DNA of 64,000 bases from Candidatus Falkowbacteria bacterium (GCA_003518055.1 DOZJ01000004.1:6073-70072); one strand, 5' to 3'. Shown: positions 18,297-28,371, numbered from the stretch's first letter. Made by a program: numbers and translations. The notes: a model not told the origin generated them from the letters alone.

Positions 18297-19169
18297 TTAG
18301 CGGTACTTCTCGGCCCGAGCCGCTATGGCTTGCAGGCCGGCGACTACTTCATCCATCGTCGAACCATTGGCGTATTTTTCACCTGTCTTCATTCTTCCAA
18401 TATCTACAGTCCGCATTTCCAGCTGAGTAATAATCTCTTCATTTGCGACCAGCAAATCTTTGATCTGGTCCAGATTATCAATTTTCAACTGCAGCCGATC
18501 GGACAAAGTTTTTACTTCTTTTTCTACTCTCGCGGATGGCGTTTGATTTCTTTGAAGCTGTTCAATCCGAGCTCTGAGAAACCTCTCATCGACCGATCGA
18601 ATCGCTTTGAGTGTCGTCACCACCGCGTTCAAATTATCCAGCACAGTAAAAGCCGCGTTTTCCGCTGCGGCAAAAAACCGCCCGAATGTCAGTTCCCCTG
18701 TCTGCAGCTTCTCCATCAAAAGATCGATTAAATCATTTACGGTCCGGGACACTTGGTCAAACTGCTGAATGCCGCGCTCGACATACTCATTGGCGCCGGC
18801 GATCTCGATGCAGTCTTCCAAATTTTCCCGAATCTGCTGCTTTTTCCACTCATTATATTCTTCTGCTCTCTTGCGAAGCTCCTGCAAATGTTTATAGGTT
18901 AATGCTTCGCCTCGAAAGAAATAATTCACGATCCAGCTGCCCAACCCAACACCGGAGCCGCCAATCGCGGCGTAGATGAAAATCGGCAACGGGCCGAGAA
19001 TCAAACATCCCAACGCTCCAATAATGCCCAAAGCCAATGGGTAGGTGGTCACCGGACTGGTAACCGTCTTTTTCAGCACCTCCGTGCTGATCGCCTTTTC
19101 AGTGTAATCACCAGCCTCAGGCTTGGCTCGCGCTGGAGGCAGTCTTTTGGGTTCCTTTCGCCACCCCAT
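18297..19169 (-). CDS. Membrane protein with two TM segments and a long coiled-coil (XpaC/TelA-like?).
   Basis: Two hydrophobic helices (LALGIIGALGCLILGPLPIFIYAAIGGSGVGLGSWIV) then a roughly 200-aa helical region. Confidence 0.35.
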   Translation of the reverse strand: MGWRKEPKRLPPARAKPEAGDYTEKAISTEVLKKTVTSPVTTYPLALGIIGALGCLILGPLPIFIYAAIGGSGVGLGSWIVNYFFRGEALTYKHLQELRKRAEEYNEWKKQQIRENLEDCIEIAGANEYVERGIQQFDQVSRTVNDLIDLLMEKLQTGELTFGRFFAAAENAAFTVLDNLNAVVTTLKAIRSVDERFLRARIEQLQRNQTPSARVEKEVKTLSDRLQLKIDNLDQIKDLLVANEEIITQLEMRTVDIGRMKTGEKYANGSTMDEVVAGLQAIAARAEKYR

Positions 19170-19183
19170 TTTCCCTCCTTGCG

Positions 19184-20743
19184 CTACAGGTCTTCTCGCA
19201 CCAAAACAATCTCAACTCGAGGTAGACCATACTGCCAATCTCGATATGATTGCCCAGCCTCCCGAATCAAAGGCTGCTCACCCCCAAGCCCATGAGCCAA
19301 ACACCGGTTAAAATCAACATTGTGAGTCACATTCAAATACTGAACCACTGACTCGGCTCGTTCCTGAGACAGCTGCTTGTTGGCCGTAGGGTCGCCTTCA
19401 TTGCTGGTATGCCCCACCACCTTGATCCGATACTGAGGAAAATGCTTCAGCTTCTGCATCAATTTGTCGAGCTCTTCTTTGCCCTCAGTACTCAGCTGGA
19501 ACGTGCCGCTTTGAAATACAATCGGCTGAATTTTCAACGTCCCAACCGGCTGGAGCTTGGCCCAATTTTCCGCTGCCAGAGGTTCAAATTTCATCCCCTG
19601 CGTCAACATCGCTTCCGCGACCGTCGTCGGGGTCTTAACCCCACTATACCCAGCGTATAGATCCTGCAACACTCCACTATAAATAATCTTATAAGGATCC
19701 TCATCCGGCAATGGACTGGCCTTAAAATCATCATTATCAATCAACACATTAACCGTTGATTCAATCACTTCAACCAACACTTCATTCGAATCCTCACCTG
19801 GAGCTGAAATTCCAAACCACTTGGTGCAATTCTGAGACATCGACGGCCAATCCACACCGTCAACCATATCCCTTACTCGCTTCCGATCTGATTTGGTTTC
19901 CGCTTCCAATTCCTTGAACCACTCTTCTTCATTATCCCGATACCACTTTAGCGCTCGGAAATAATTGGACAGGAACAATTTCACTTCCTTTGGATTCTTC
20001 TTGAGAAAATCTCGACTCACCACCAAAATATCAACCACATACCTTTCAGTTTCTTTGGTGCTGAAAATCTTTACCACTCCGGGCTGCTCTAGGGCGCGAG
20101 AAACATCAGGCTCCCAAAGCACCGCCACGTCCGCCTGACCGGAAAGCAGCTTTTGCAGCGCTTCTTCCGATCCCTTGGTTTCAATTCTCATGCCGGTCAA
20201 ACCAGATGGCAAAAGTTCATTCAAATTAAAGTGCGACTTGAGCGCCTTGAGCAGGTAATGACTCGGCGAATCCGGTGTAAAAGCTACGCGTACGCTCTTG
20301 CCGCGAAAATCATCCAGTGATTTTCCCGCTTTTTCCAAAGCTACGACCGCGTCGCCGCCATTTGATTCATCAATCACCGTCACCACCACTCCCGGATAAT
20401 TATGCTTGGCCGCGTTCAGAATATAAGAATCAACCGTCACGACCGCAAAATCAATCTCACCGTCATTCAGCTGTTTCATCCGAGCGTGATAATCAGCCGC
20501 GTCATCAATTACTTTAACTTCCCAGCCGGCCTGACGCATCCGCTTCTTAAATTCCTTGGATCTGAATGGAAAATATCCAACCCAGTTATCAAGGGCGATA
20601 GTAATCTTTCCTTCGACATCCTTGGCATCACTGGTTTCAACCACTTCCGCTTCATCCAACACCGGCTTGGTAAATTTCCACACCAACATCGCAACCACAG
20701 CAACCAACACCAGCAATCCAGCGCCGATCAGCTTCTTATTCAC
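19184..20743 (-). CDS. Fusion protein: N-terminal TM segment, an SsuA/NMT1-like solute-binding domain, and a C-terminal OmpA/MotB-like peptidoglycan-binding domain.
   Basis: The SBP region ITIALDNWVGYFPF...ESNGGDAVVALEKAGKSL is paralogous to 17203..18258. C-terminus IVFQSGTFQLS...VVGHTSNEGDP..N..LSQERA..V..YL (OmpA-like). Confidence 0.6.
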   Translation of the reverse strand: MNKKLIGAGLLVLVAVVAMLVWKFTKPVLDEAEVVETSDAKDVEGKITIALDNWVGYFPFRSKEFKKRMRQAGWEVKVIDDAADYHARMKQLNDGEIDFAVVTVDSYILNAAKHNYPGVVVTVIDESNGGDAVVALEKAGKSLDDFRGKSVRVAFTPDSPSHYLLKALKSHFNLNELLPSGLTGMRIETKGSEEALQKLLSGQADVAVLWEPDVSRALEQPGVVKIFSTKETERYVVDILVVSRDFLKKNPKEVKLFLSNYFRALKWYRDNEEEWFKELEAETKSDRKRVRDMVDGVDWPSMSQNCTKWFGISAPGEDSNEVLVEVIESTVNVLIDNDDFKASPLPDEDPYKIIYSGVLQDLYAGYSGVKTPTTVAEAMLTQGMKFEPLAAENWAKLQPVGTLKIQPIVFQSGTFQLSTEGKEELDKLMQKLKHFPQYRIKVVGHTSNEGDPTANKQLSQERAESVVQYLNVTHNVDFNRCLAHGLGGEQPLIREAGQSYRDWQYGLPRVEIVLVREDL

Positions 20744-20863
20744 ATTTACCTCCTGTGGTTTTGGGTCTCGGCTTTAGACTGAATAATGTAATTGGGACTG
20801 CCGACGAGTTTCACCTCGCCGGCAGCAGAACCGCCGCGCAATTTGGCTGCGATTCAAAAAAAC

Positions 20864-21700
20864 TTACTTCTCAAACTCCGTCACAACGAACTCCTCCGAT
20901 TCAGCCAACACGCCCTTCAGCGCTTCAGCCAATTCCTCGGGTGAATTCGCTTCCTTGTAAATAGTCGTATTCGGCTGATTCAACGTATGACGGTTTCCAA
21001 TGCAAAAACCAATCGTATAAATCACCACCGGCGACTCGGACGTAATCTGGGTTACCAAATGATGCAAAGAATATTCATCATTGGCGATACCATCAGTTAC
21101 CACGACAATCATATATTCACCGTAGCCAAGCTGTTTGACCGCTTCCTTGTTAATCGCCTGATAAGCCAAGTGCAGCGCTTCGGTCAGCGGTGTCCCACCT
21201 CCATCACGAGCACTATTGACCTCAACAATAAACTTTTCTCGATTATTCAACCCCAGAGATACCAGCTGCCGTGGATCAGAACGCTGATCGAACAGCACAA
21301 AACCCAAATTGGCATCAGCTGGTACACTCCGAGAAAAAGCCTCAATCGCGCGTTTGGCAACAGTCAACTTACTCTCAGAACTTGAACATCCTCTCTCAGC
21401 CATACTACCTGAACTATCAAGGATAACCAAGTAATTCTTCGTCGTCCAAAGTTCGCTCGGCGAGACTTCCCGATTATCAACCGGCGCGAACGGCCAAGCC
21501 GTTTCCCGCGTTGGATTCACCACCGGAGCCACCGGCTCAACCGGCTGCGGTTCCGCCCGATAAGGCGCCGAGGCCGGTGAAGGAGATGGACTCGAACTAT
21601 GCGGAGCGTAATACTCCTGCTTCTTCCTGCAACCAAGTACCGCCAAACCAATAACCACCATCGACCACAAAGTAATCTTGATTGTGTTATTCATCGTCAT
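20864..21700 (-). CDS. von Willebrand factor type A (VWA) domain lipoprotein.
   Basis: Lipobox LAVLGC; MIDAS motif LVILDSSGSM; GGGTPLTEAL; VVVTDG; Pro-rich linker. Confidence 0.75.
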   Translation of the reverse strand: MTMNNTIKITLWSMVVIGLAVLGCRKKQEYYAPHSSSPSPSPASAPYRAEPQPVEPVAPVVNPTRETAWPFAPVDNREVSPSELWTTKNYLVILDSSGSMAERGCSSSESKLTVAKRAIEAFSRSVPADANLGFVLFDQRSDPRQLVSLGLNNREKFIVEVNSARDGGGTPLTEALHLAYQAINKEAVKQLGYGEYMIVVVTDGIANDEYSLHHLVTQITSESPVVIYTIGFCIGNRHTLNQPNTTIYKEANSPEELAEALKGVLAESEEFVVTEFEK

Positions 21701-21712
21701 TGGTCACCTCCC

Positions 21713-23428
21713 TCAGAGCGGCTTAAAGGCTGAAGCCTCAGCCTCCATGGAGATTAGGCGAAAATCCACCCGCATATTCTCCCGCCACTGCTGCTCCGTC
21801 TTGGGAGCGCAGGGATCGGCTCCGCACATACCGCTCCGCGGCTGCTCGAAGCCATGACCAACAACCGTAAACTGCGTCGGATCAAGCGTGACACCCTTGG
21901 ACGCGGCGTACTGAATAATCGAATCGCGAACAGTCATTGATCGCTGAACTGTAAGGCTCTTGGCAACCTGCCGCACCTGAGTCAGAATGACCTGTGGATC
22001 TCCGGCCTTCTTCTTGCGCAGATACCCCATCGGATCAGCATTCCCTTCAATAACAATCACCGCGCCGCCCAAAACTGCCGCCTGTGCAATGATCTGATCG
22101 TATTCATCCTGATAACGAGCAGCGGAAAAATCAATCTGGTTGGGCTCAAAGAAAATCGAACTGGTCGGGAGAATCTGATCAGAATCCAAAGTTCCGGTCC
22201 GCAATCGCGTGTCCACGACCGCTGCCACCCGTTCCTCATCGAAGAGCGGCTTTTCAGCCAGAATCTGCAGCTTGGCGCCGGAGCCCATCAACGAGTAGTC
22301 CCATTCGGCATGAGTGAGTGCTACCGTCGCGGCCATCAGTCCGAGGTCGCGGAAAGCCGACTGAATGTCAGCCACCACTTCCCGGAAACTGCGCCGAGCA
22401 CCCGCGCCGGAAAAAAACCTCTGATTTTCACCAATGTCGGAGAAAGTGCAGTCAGCATACATCGCCCCCGCGTCTTCCACCGCCTTGTCACTTCCGAGAA
22501 TAATCTTGGCAAACGCCTTGACCAGATCTCGGTATTCCTGCTTGCCCGCCTTGACCACGGCCGCCATATCCTGGCCAGCCCTGAGCATGGTCTGAGCAAA
22601 CGCGTAAACAGTTTCCTTGTGCGCGTTGAAGTAATCGCTTCTAACCGCAAACACATCGAAAATCACATGGTCAGCACTCTTGGTCGACAACAGAATACGC
22701 GCGCCCTTGACCGAACCCTCGGCACCGGTTCCAACCGTGCCGTTGCTCGACAGAGCCAGCGCGTCCGGGATAATGGCAAACGCCACATCAGCCTGACCGC
22801 GCCTGAGCGCCTCAGCCGCCGTCTTGTCCGAAGCCGTAAGGTCATCAGTCCAAACCAGCTTGACATCAGAAACACTGAGATTCACTGACTTGAGAATGCG
22901 CCAGAGATAGTACATATGCGGACCATAGGCCTGCAGCGCCACGCGCTTGCCCTTGAAATCCGCCGCCGTCTTGATGCCTTCGGTCACGACCACAGCGTCA
23001 CCGCCGGTTGACCGAGTCAGAAGCAGCACTACCACGGGCTGCACCCGAGGATCGCTCTTCGTCGCCTCTGTCACCGCGTTGATCATGTCGAGCGTGCCGC
23101 GCAGATATGGCGTCTTGCCGGACATATAATCCTTGAACTGCTGTCGGAAATCGTCCTGCAGCGTGATATCAAAACACAGCCCCGCCTGAGCAAAAAGAGA
23201 GCCGGACTTGGTCCGCTTCTCATTGCCATTGGCAAAAACCGTTTCATATTCACCACCCCAGGTAATCACCGGCAGCTGCACACAATCACTTGGAGTCACC
23301 TCTCCGACTGACACATGAACATCCTGCCAAATCGGCTTGAGCTGCTGAGCTGAAACCTGATTCGACACCAACGTCACCGCCAAAATCGCCCACAGACACC
23401 ACCTTCTCATGTCTCCCTCCTGCCCCAC
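21713..23428 (-). CDS. Secreted SsuA/NMT1-like solute-binding domain fused to a C-terminal OmpA-like domain. Paralog of 19184..20743.
   Basis: Signal peptide; LLTRSTGGDAVVVTEGIKTAADFKGKRV parallels ESNGGDAVVALEKAGKSLDDFRGKSV; C-terminus IFFEPNQIDFS...VIEGNADPMG...VVGHGFEQP. Confidence 0.6.
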   Translation of the reverse strand: MGQEGDMRRWCLWAILAVTLVSNQVSAQQLKPIWQDVHVSVGEVTPSDCVQLPVITWGGEYETVFANGNEKRTKSGSLFAQAGLCFDITLQDDFRQQFKDYMSGKTPYLRGTLDMINAVTEATKSDPRVQPVVVLLLTRSTGGDAVVVTEGIKTAADFKGKRVALQAYGPHMYYLWRILKSVNLSVSDVKLVWTDDLTASDKTAAEALRRGQADVAFAIIPDALALSSNGTVGTGAEGSVKGARILLSTKSADHVIFDVFAVRSDYFNAHKETVYAFAQTMLRAGQDMAAVVKAGKQEYRDLVKAFAKIILGSDKAVEDAGAMYADCTFSDIGENQRFFSGAGARRSFREVVADIQSAFRDLGLMAATVALTHAEWDYSLMGSGAKLQILAEKPLFDEERVAAVVDTRLRTGTLDSDQILPTSSIFFEPNQIDFSAARYQDEYDQIIAQAAVLGGAVIVIEGNADPMGYLRKKKAGDPQVILTQVRQVAKSLTVQRSMTVRDSIIQYAASKGVTLDPTQFTVVGHGFEQPRSGMCGADPCAPKTEQQWRENMRVDFRLISMEAEASAFKPL

Positions 23429-23565
23429 CCGGGGCTTCTGTGGTGAAGGTCAAAACTCCAAAAATTTTTCTTGATCTATTTCCATTGTCAAGGCACAAAA
23501 TAACCTCTTAAATTACTACAAAAATATAAATTTGTCAACACCCCAACCTTTTTACCCTAAAAATA

Positions 23566-23593
23566 CAAAAAAAATGGTTCCAACACCATTTTT
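23566..23593 (-). terminator. Terminator after scpA, possibly bidirectional.
   Basis: Stem aaaatggt/accatttt with loop tccaac, flanked by A/T runs. Confidence 0.55.
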
Positions 23594-23600
23594 CTTCCCC

Positions 23601-23760
23601 TTGCTGCGAGGCGTACGTAGTAACGCCGTGGCAGCCTCCACCCGGTTTCAAGATTTAGCTCAAAGTAGTAACGACGCCTGCCCGCCTTTGGCGGGAAGCA
23701 GCCTCCAATCAGCTGCCAGACGCGGCAACCCTCAATAGCCGTCAAATGTAGCTGCCCCCA
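23601..23760. repeat. GC-rich structured segment between the scpA stop and its terminator. It contains internal imperfect direct repeats (gtagtaacgNcg x2, gcagcctcca x2) and several hairpins.
   Basis: Copies of the first repeat at 23617-23628 and 23665-23678. gcagcctcca at 23631-23640 and 23698-23707. Hairpin cccgcctttggcggg. Confidence 0.5.
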
Positions 23761-23831
23761 TTCAACGTTGCAGTTAACTTTTATCCCTCCCCCGAAAAAA
23801 CATTTTTTTCTTGTCTTTAATCACTTGCCGT

Positions 23832-24545
23832 TCACATCTTCTCAATATAAATTTCATCAAATAAATTTCCTTGTTTAACCGTCAAATGTTTTTGTTTCAC
23901 CAGCTCCAACATCGCCAAAAAGCTCATGATCACCTCGGTTCGCGATTCAGCCTGATCAAACAATTCCTTGAAACTCAAATTTTTTCTGGTTAAAAGCAAT
24001 TCTTTCAAATGCAAAATTTTCTGCTGCAGACTGACAGCCCGATCAATCATCTGCTTCGGCATTCTGACCAACGGATCCAATCTCTTTAACACCTGAATCA
24101 ATACTGATTTTAAATTATTGGTGGTAATATTTTCCGCCGGTGAAAAATCCACCTGCAAATCAATTTTGGTTTTTTCCCGCGAATACAAAAATTTTTCTTG
24201 TTTCAAAATCTGCTCCACCTTTTTCGTTGCTTCCAAAAATTCTTTATAAATCCTTAACTGCTTTTCCAGACTGTCAAAATCTTCTTCATCATCAATAACC
24301 GGTAATATCGCTTTTGATTTCAAATACAAAAGCCTGGCCGCGACCACCAAAAAATCTGACAACTCTTCAGGGTCTCGTTCACTCAATTTTTCCGTGTATC
24401 CGATAAACTGATCAGTCACCTGACTCAAAGACACTTCAGTTATTTCCAGTTTTTGCTGTTCGATTAACTGAAGCAGCAAATCCATCGGACCAGCGAATTT
24501 ATCAATTTTAATTTTATACATAATATATAAACACAAAAATTCCAA
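23832..24545 (-). CDS. scpA: Segregation and condensation protein A (ScpA).
   Basis: FAGPMDLLLQLIEQQKLEITEVSLSQVTDQFIGY, the canonical ScpA N-terminus. Confidence 0.8.
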   Translation of the reverse strand: MEFLCLYIMYKIKIDKFAGPMDLLLQLIEQQKLEITEVSLSQVTDQFIGYTEKLSERDPEELSDFLVVAARLLYLKSKAILPVIDDEEDFDSLEKQLRIYKEFLEATKKVEQILKQEKFLYSREKTKIDLQVDFSPAENITTNNLKSVLIQVLKRLDPLVRMPKQMIDRAVSLQQKILHLKELLLTRKNLSFKELFDQAESRTEVIMSFLAMLELVKQKHLTVKQGNLFDEIYIEKM

Positions 24546-24586
24546 TTACGTCGCGCTCCCAAACCTAATTATGAATTACGGCCTCT

Positions 24587-26017
24587 CTACTCATTCAACT
24601 TAAACCCCCGGCTCTGACTTTCTTCCCAGCCGGCCGAAGTCATTAAAATAAATTCTGCGTTAATCTGCATTTCTTTGATGTTGTGCGCGCCGCAATAGCT
24701 GATCCCGCTGCGCAAACCCTTCACCATTGGCGCGATAATTTCAGATACAGGTCCCTTATATTCTACCAAATTAGTCACCCCCTCGACAAATATATCCAAT
24801 TTCTTTTTGTGTTTTTTTCCATCCAAATTTTCCCGCCTCTCATGATTATTGTCATAACTTGCGCTCCCCATGTATCGTTTGAACCGCTGCCCGTTTCGAT
24901 AGACGATTATCCCCGGCGTTTCATCCGTCCCCGAAAAAATTGATCCACAGTATCCGGTACTGGCCCCAGCCGCGATCGCCTTTGACAAATCACCCGGATA
25001 TTTAATTCCGCCGTCAGCGCTGACCGGAATATTATATTGATTGGCGATTTTTCCCACATCCATGATCGCCGTCAGCTGTGGCACGCCGGCGCCGGATATG
25101 ATTCTCGTCGTACAAACCGGCGACGGTCCAATCCCGACCTTCAACCCATCGGCTCCGGCCAAAATCAAATCACGAGCCGCGTCCGCAGTTGCGATATTGC
25201 CAACCATAACGTCAACATTTACAAATTGCGTTTTCAACTCTCGCAGCCGTCTAATCACCAAATCAGAATGAGCGTGAGCAATATCCAAAACCAAAACATC
25301 GACGCCGGCCTGAATCAATGCTTTGCCCCGCTCTATACAATCCTTGACCCCAACCGCTCCGGCCACCATCAGCCGCCCCTTTGCGTCTCGGCTGGCTGAC
25401 GGCCACGATTCCAGCTTTGAAATATCTTTGGATGTAATCAAGCCTTTGAGTTCGCCGTCAACCATCAAAGGCAACTTTTCAATTCGGTTCTTTTTCAAAA
25501 TCATTTTCGCTTCTTCCAGCTTTATCCCGGGTTTTGAAGTTATCAACTTTTCTTTCGGCGTCATCAAATCCTTGACCTTGCGTTTATTATCTTCTTCAAA
25601 TATATAATCTCTGGCCGTCAATATTCCCTGCACTTTATTTTCCATTACCACAATCAAACTGGTCACGCCCTCTCCGGTCATAAATGCCATGGCCTCGCCG
25701 ATTTCCATTTCCGGCGCGCAAGTCACCGGTTTTTCTATCATATAACTCGTGCTTTTCTTTACTTTTCGCACTTCATCCACCTGATCATCGATTGAACCGA
25801 ACTGATGGACCACGCCCAAACCACCTTCTCGCGCCATGGCAATCGCCATTTCATGTTCAGTCACCGTGGCCATATTCGAGCTTACCAACGGAATATTCAA
25901 TTCAACATTTCGGGTAAACTTTGTTCGAACATCAGCCTCACCTCGTGACGACAACGGTGTTTTTTTTGGCACAAGTAAAACATCAGCATAGGTATATCCT
26001 GTGCGAAATTTTTCCAT
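24587..26017 (-). CDS. guaB: IMP dehydrogenase.
   Basis: [24 protein letters not shown] (IMPDH active-site loop with catalytic Cys). CBS pair. N-terminal [10 protein letters not shown]. Confidence 0.9.
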   Translation of the reverse strand: MEKFRTGYTYADVLLVPKKTPLSSRGEADVRTKFTRNVELNIPLVSSNMATVTEHEMAIAMAREGGLGVVHQFGSIDDQVDEVRKVKKSTSYMIEKPVTCAPEMEIGEAMAFMTGEGVTSLIVVMENKVQGILTARDYIFEEDNKRKVKDLMTPKEKLITSKPGIKLEEAKMILKKNRIEKLPLMVDGELKGLITSKDISKLESWPSASRDAKGRLMVAGAVGVKDCIERGKALIQAGVDVLVLDIAHAHSDLVIRRLRELKTQFVNVDVMVGNIATADAARDLILAGADGLKVGIGPSPVCTTRIISGAGVPQLTAIMDVGKIANQYNIPVSADGGIKYPGDLSKAIAAGASTGYCGSIFSGTDETPGIIVYRNGQRFKRYMGSASYDNNHERRENLDGKKHKKKLDIFVEGVTNLVEYKGPVSEIIAPMVKGLRSGISYCGAHNIKEMQINAEFILMTSAGWEESQSRGFKLNE

Positions 26018-26024
26018 ATATATT

Positions 26025-26987
26025 TTAGGTTAAATGTAATTTTGTAATAATCTCAGTAAACACTTTTGCGGCTTTGTCATAGCCTTCCAGAATCGGAATC
26101 GCGCCCACATCCTCATGCCCCCCGCCGCCATATTCCTTGGCTATCGCTCCCATATCATACGTATTTTTCGCCACTCCCTTGAACCAAGGATTAAAGTTCA
26201 GCTTGATCGAACAGGAATCTTCTTGATCAATCAAACCAAACCAATATTTACTTTGGGGATAAACCACCGCCGGCAAATACCGAAAATATTCTTGTCCATG
26301 GAAATCAAAAATTACCGTTTGACCAACCACACGACTGACCGTTTTAAACTCCGCCAGACTTTTCCGCACCCTAGGCTTCAAATCTGCAATTATTTTTTTT
26401 ACATCTCTCTGCCGGGCTACCGCTTCCAGCCTCCAATCAAATCGATCAGCCCATTTCATCGACTCCAAATCATCCAATATCGTATCGATGATTGCACTAT
26501 CCTCCTCAATCGCTCTAGTCACTCGCAAAAAACCTTTTTCAGGTAAAATATATTCCATTGGATCAATCCCATATCCGGCATAATCAGCTGAGTCAACAAT
26601 TTCACTTTGTCTCACAAACCTCCGGACTCGAGACAACTTCACGCCGCGTTCTTCCGCCAAACGCAAAACCAAACTAGTGCAGGCTTTAGCTGTTTTATCA
26701 AATATACAATATTTCAATCCAGAAAGATCACAATCAACTTTGTGCGTTTCATGATGATCAATATAACCCAAAGCATCCGGATGATATTGAAAATCAATTA
26801 TTACAAACGGTCGTTTAAATGGGTACTCCCGCCAATTTTCTTTTACCGACGCGTCATATTTCAAATATCCACCATACTCAGGATTATAACCATCAGCTTC
26901 GAGCACTTTTTTCATTAAAAAAGCCGAAGTCACTCCGTCTAAATCAGCATGGAAATAGATATAAACTGTTTGTTTTTTTACTGTCAT
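26025..26987 (-). CDS. DHH/DHHA1 phosphoesterase (NrnA-like oligoribonuclease/pAp phosphatase).
   Basis: FHADLDGVTS; DHH motif (YIDHHE); DHHA1 GGGGH. Confidence 0.7.
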   Translation of the reverse strand: MTVKKQTVYIYFHADLDGVTSAFLMKKVLEADGYNPEYGGYLKYDASVKENWREYPFKRPFVIIDFQYHPDALGYIDHHETHKVDCDLSGLKYCIFDKTAKACTSLVLRLAEERGVKLSRVRRFVRQSEIVDSADYAGYGIDPMEYILPEKGFLRVTRAIEEDSAIIDTILDDLESMKWADRFDWRLEAVARQRDVKKIIADLKPRVRKSLAEFKTVSRVVGQTVIFDFHGQEYFRYLPAVVYPQSKYWFGLIDQEDSCSIKLNFNPWFKGVAKNTYDMGAIAKEYGGGGHEDVGAIPILEGYDKAAKVFTEIITKLHLT

Positions 26988-27079
26988 TTGTGTTTATGTT
27001 AACCATTCATTTCCCAAAATATATTCCCCAAACCCATATTTTAGTATATAATAAAACCAATCAAAATCAAACTAACACT

Positions 27080-27574
27080 ATGGCTAAACTTCTAAAAAAT
27101 TATCAATCGGCCTCAAACAGTTCTACCGTCATTATTTTTGTCGCGGTCATTCTATTCCTCTTCAGCGGTATTGCCTTGATTGCCAACCTGATCCACCGCC
27201 AAAACATCAATAACTTTGAGCAACTGGGTCAAATCTATTCCGGCCCGATTACCGACAATTACTATTTTGAAGCTCCTGAATATGGGACAAAATACGGCAA
27301 AACCCGAACCAAATTCATGATTTGCTTCAAACCCGAGACACCACCTGAAAATGTTGATCTTCTATGTTCCACCGAATTTGTGTCCAAATCTTTTGCCGCC
27401 AAATATCCCATCGGGTCACCTATTTCCGCCTATTATCGCTCTGACATCAATGACCTTCTACTTATTCCGGCCATTGAACACTGGCGGAACAACTGGTTCT
27501 TCCAGACATTATTCCCGGGAATTTTCATCCTCGGTCTGTTGATGTTTATTTACGTAAAATTTTTCAAAAAATAA
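27080..27574 (+). CDS. Hypothetical membrane protein with N- and C-terminal TM segments.
   Basis: I place the start at the internal ATG (MAKLLKNY). The longer ORF in the track (26819) overlaps the nrnA-like gene on the other strand. Confidence 0.45.
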   Translation: MAKLLKNYQSASNSSTVIIFVAVILFLFSGIALIANLIHRQNINNFEQLGQIYSGPITDNYYFEAPEYGTKYGKTRTKFMICFKPETPPENVDLLCSTEFVSKSFAAKYPIGSPISAYYRSDINDLLLIPAIEHWRNNWFFQTLFPGIFILGLLMFIYVKFFKK

Positions 27575-27580
27575 CCCCCA

Positions 27581-27607
27581 AAAAAAACCGCGCCACGCGG
27601 TTTTTTT
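27581..27607. terminator. Bidirectional terminator between convergent genes.
   Basis: A8 run, then ccgcg, loop cca, cgcgg, then a T7 run. Confidence 0.7.
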
Positions 27608-28367
27608 ATTTCCAAATCAAATCAAACCGCGTTCCAGTCCATTTTAATGCCGCGAAATCAGTATCAGACACCAAATCATAAATATTAATTCTGGTTCCAA
27701 ATCTCGGAATCTCATACAAAAAATTATAAATGTCAGCATCATAATTGAAATCACGGCCGAATTTTTCCTTGTATTTTTCCGTAAATTTATTATACATCTC
27801 CCCGCTGTCGATTTGAGGAAAAACCGCATCACTCACATCAATCCATTCACCATCAACATACTCCAAGAAAACCAAATCCTGATGACACAGTGGTCCGCAT
27901 CCAACCGTACTTGAAGCCACCACCGCGCCGCCGCTGGTTTTCAAAAAAACCGCTGTCACCGATACAATATCCGCCGCCAACTCCATAAAATAATTATCCT
28001 CATCAATCAACAAACGTTCGTATTGCGAAATTTGTTTTATATCATAATTGCCCAACGGTTTGTATTCATCCGGCAAGGAATTATACACCTCAACCACATC
28101 CCAGTTATTAAACGGGCCGGGAGTTGATGTTTTTTCCGACTTTTCACCGGTTTTACTCTCACCACCATCCCCATCCACCTCTGCTGATGAGCTTTTTGGA
28201 TTCAATTGTTCATCTTGGTCGATTTCATCATTTTCATTCACATTTGACCCCAACCTCAAATTCTCCACTGACAGAATCGGGCTTTCTTTTACCGGCGCGA
28301 AAAAATAAAAAACCGCGGTCGTTATCAATATAATCATTATCCCCGCGATTACGATTTTAAATTTCAT
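27606..28367 (-). CDS. Hypothetical membrane-anchored protein with an acidic linker.
   Basis: N-terminal TM segment and a D/E/G-rich segment. No recognisable domain. Confidence 0.45.
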   Translation of the reverse strand: MKFKIVIAGIMIILITTAVFYFFAPVKESPILSVENLRLGSNVNENDEIDQDEQLNPKSSSAEVDGDGGESKTGEKSEKTSTPGPFNNWDVVEVYNSLPDEYKPLGNYDIKQISQYERLLIDEDNYFMELAADIVSVTAVFLKTSGGAVVASSTVGCGPLCHQDLVFLEYVDGEWIDVSDAVFPQIDSGEMYNKFTEKYKEKFGRDFNYDADIYNFLYEIPRFGTRINIYDLVSDTDFAALKWTGTRFDLIWK

Positions 28368-28371
28368 AATT

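Noticed and set aside
22310-22888. The 192-aa plus-strand ORF and several other ORFs of 60-130 aa on the opposite strand of confidently assigned genes (for example 583..858, 28465..29436, 53564..54211, 20402..20782).
   Set aside because: These are shadow ORFs inside well-supported genes on the other strand. GC-rich regions generate long antisense ORFs by chance.
26819-27079. The long N-terminal part of the 251-aa plus-strand ORF that overlaps the nrnA-like gene.
   Set aside because: It overlaps a well-supported minus-strand gene and has biased, unnatural composition. The internal ATG at 27080 gives a plausible membrane protein.
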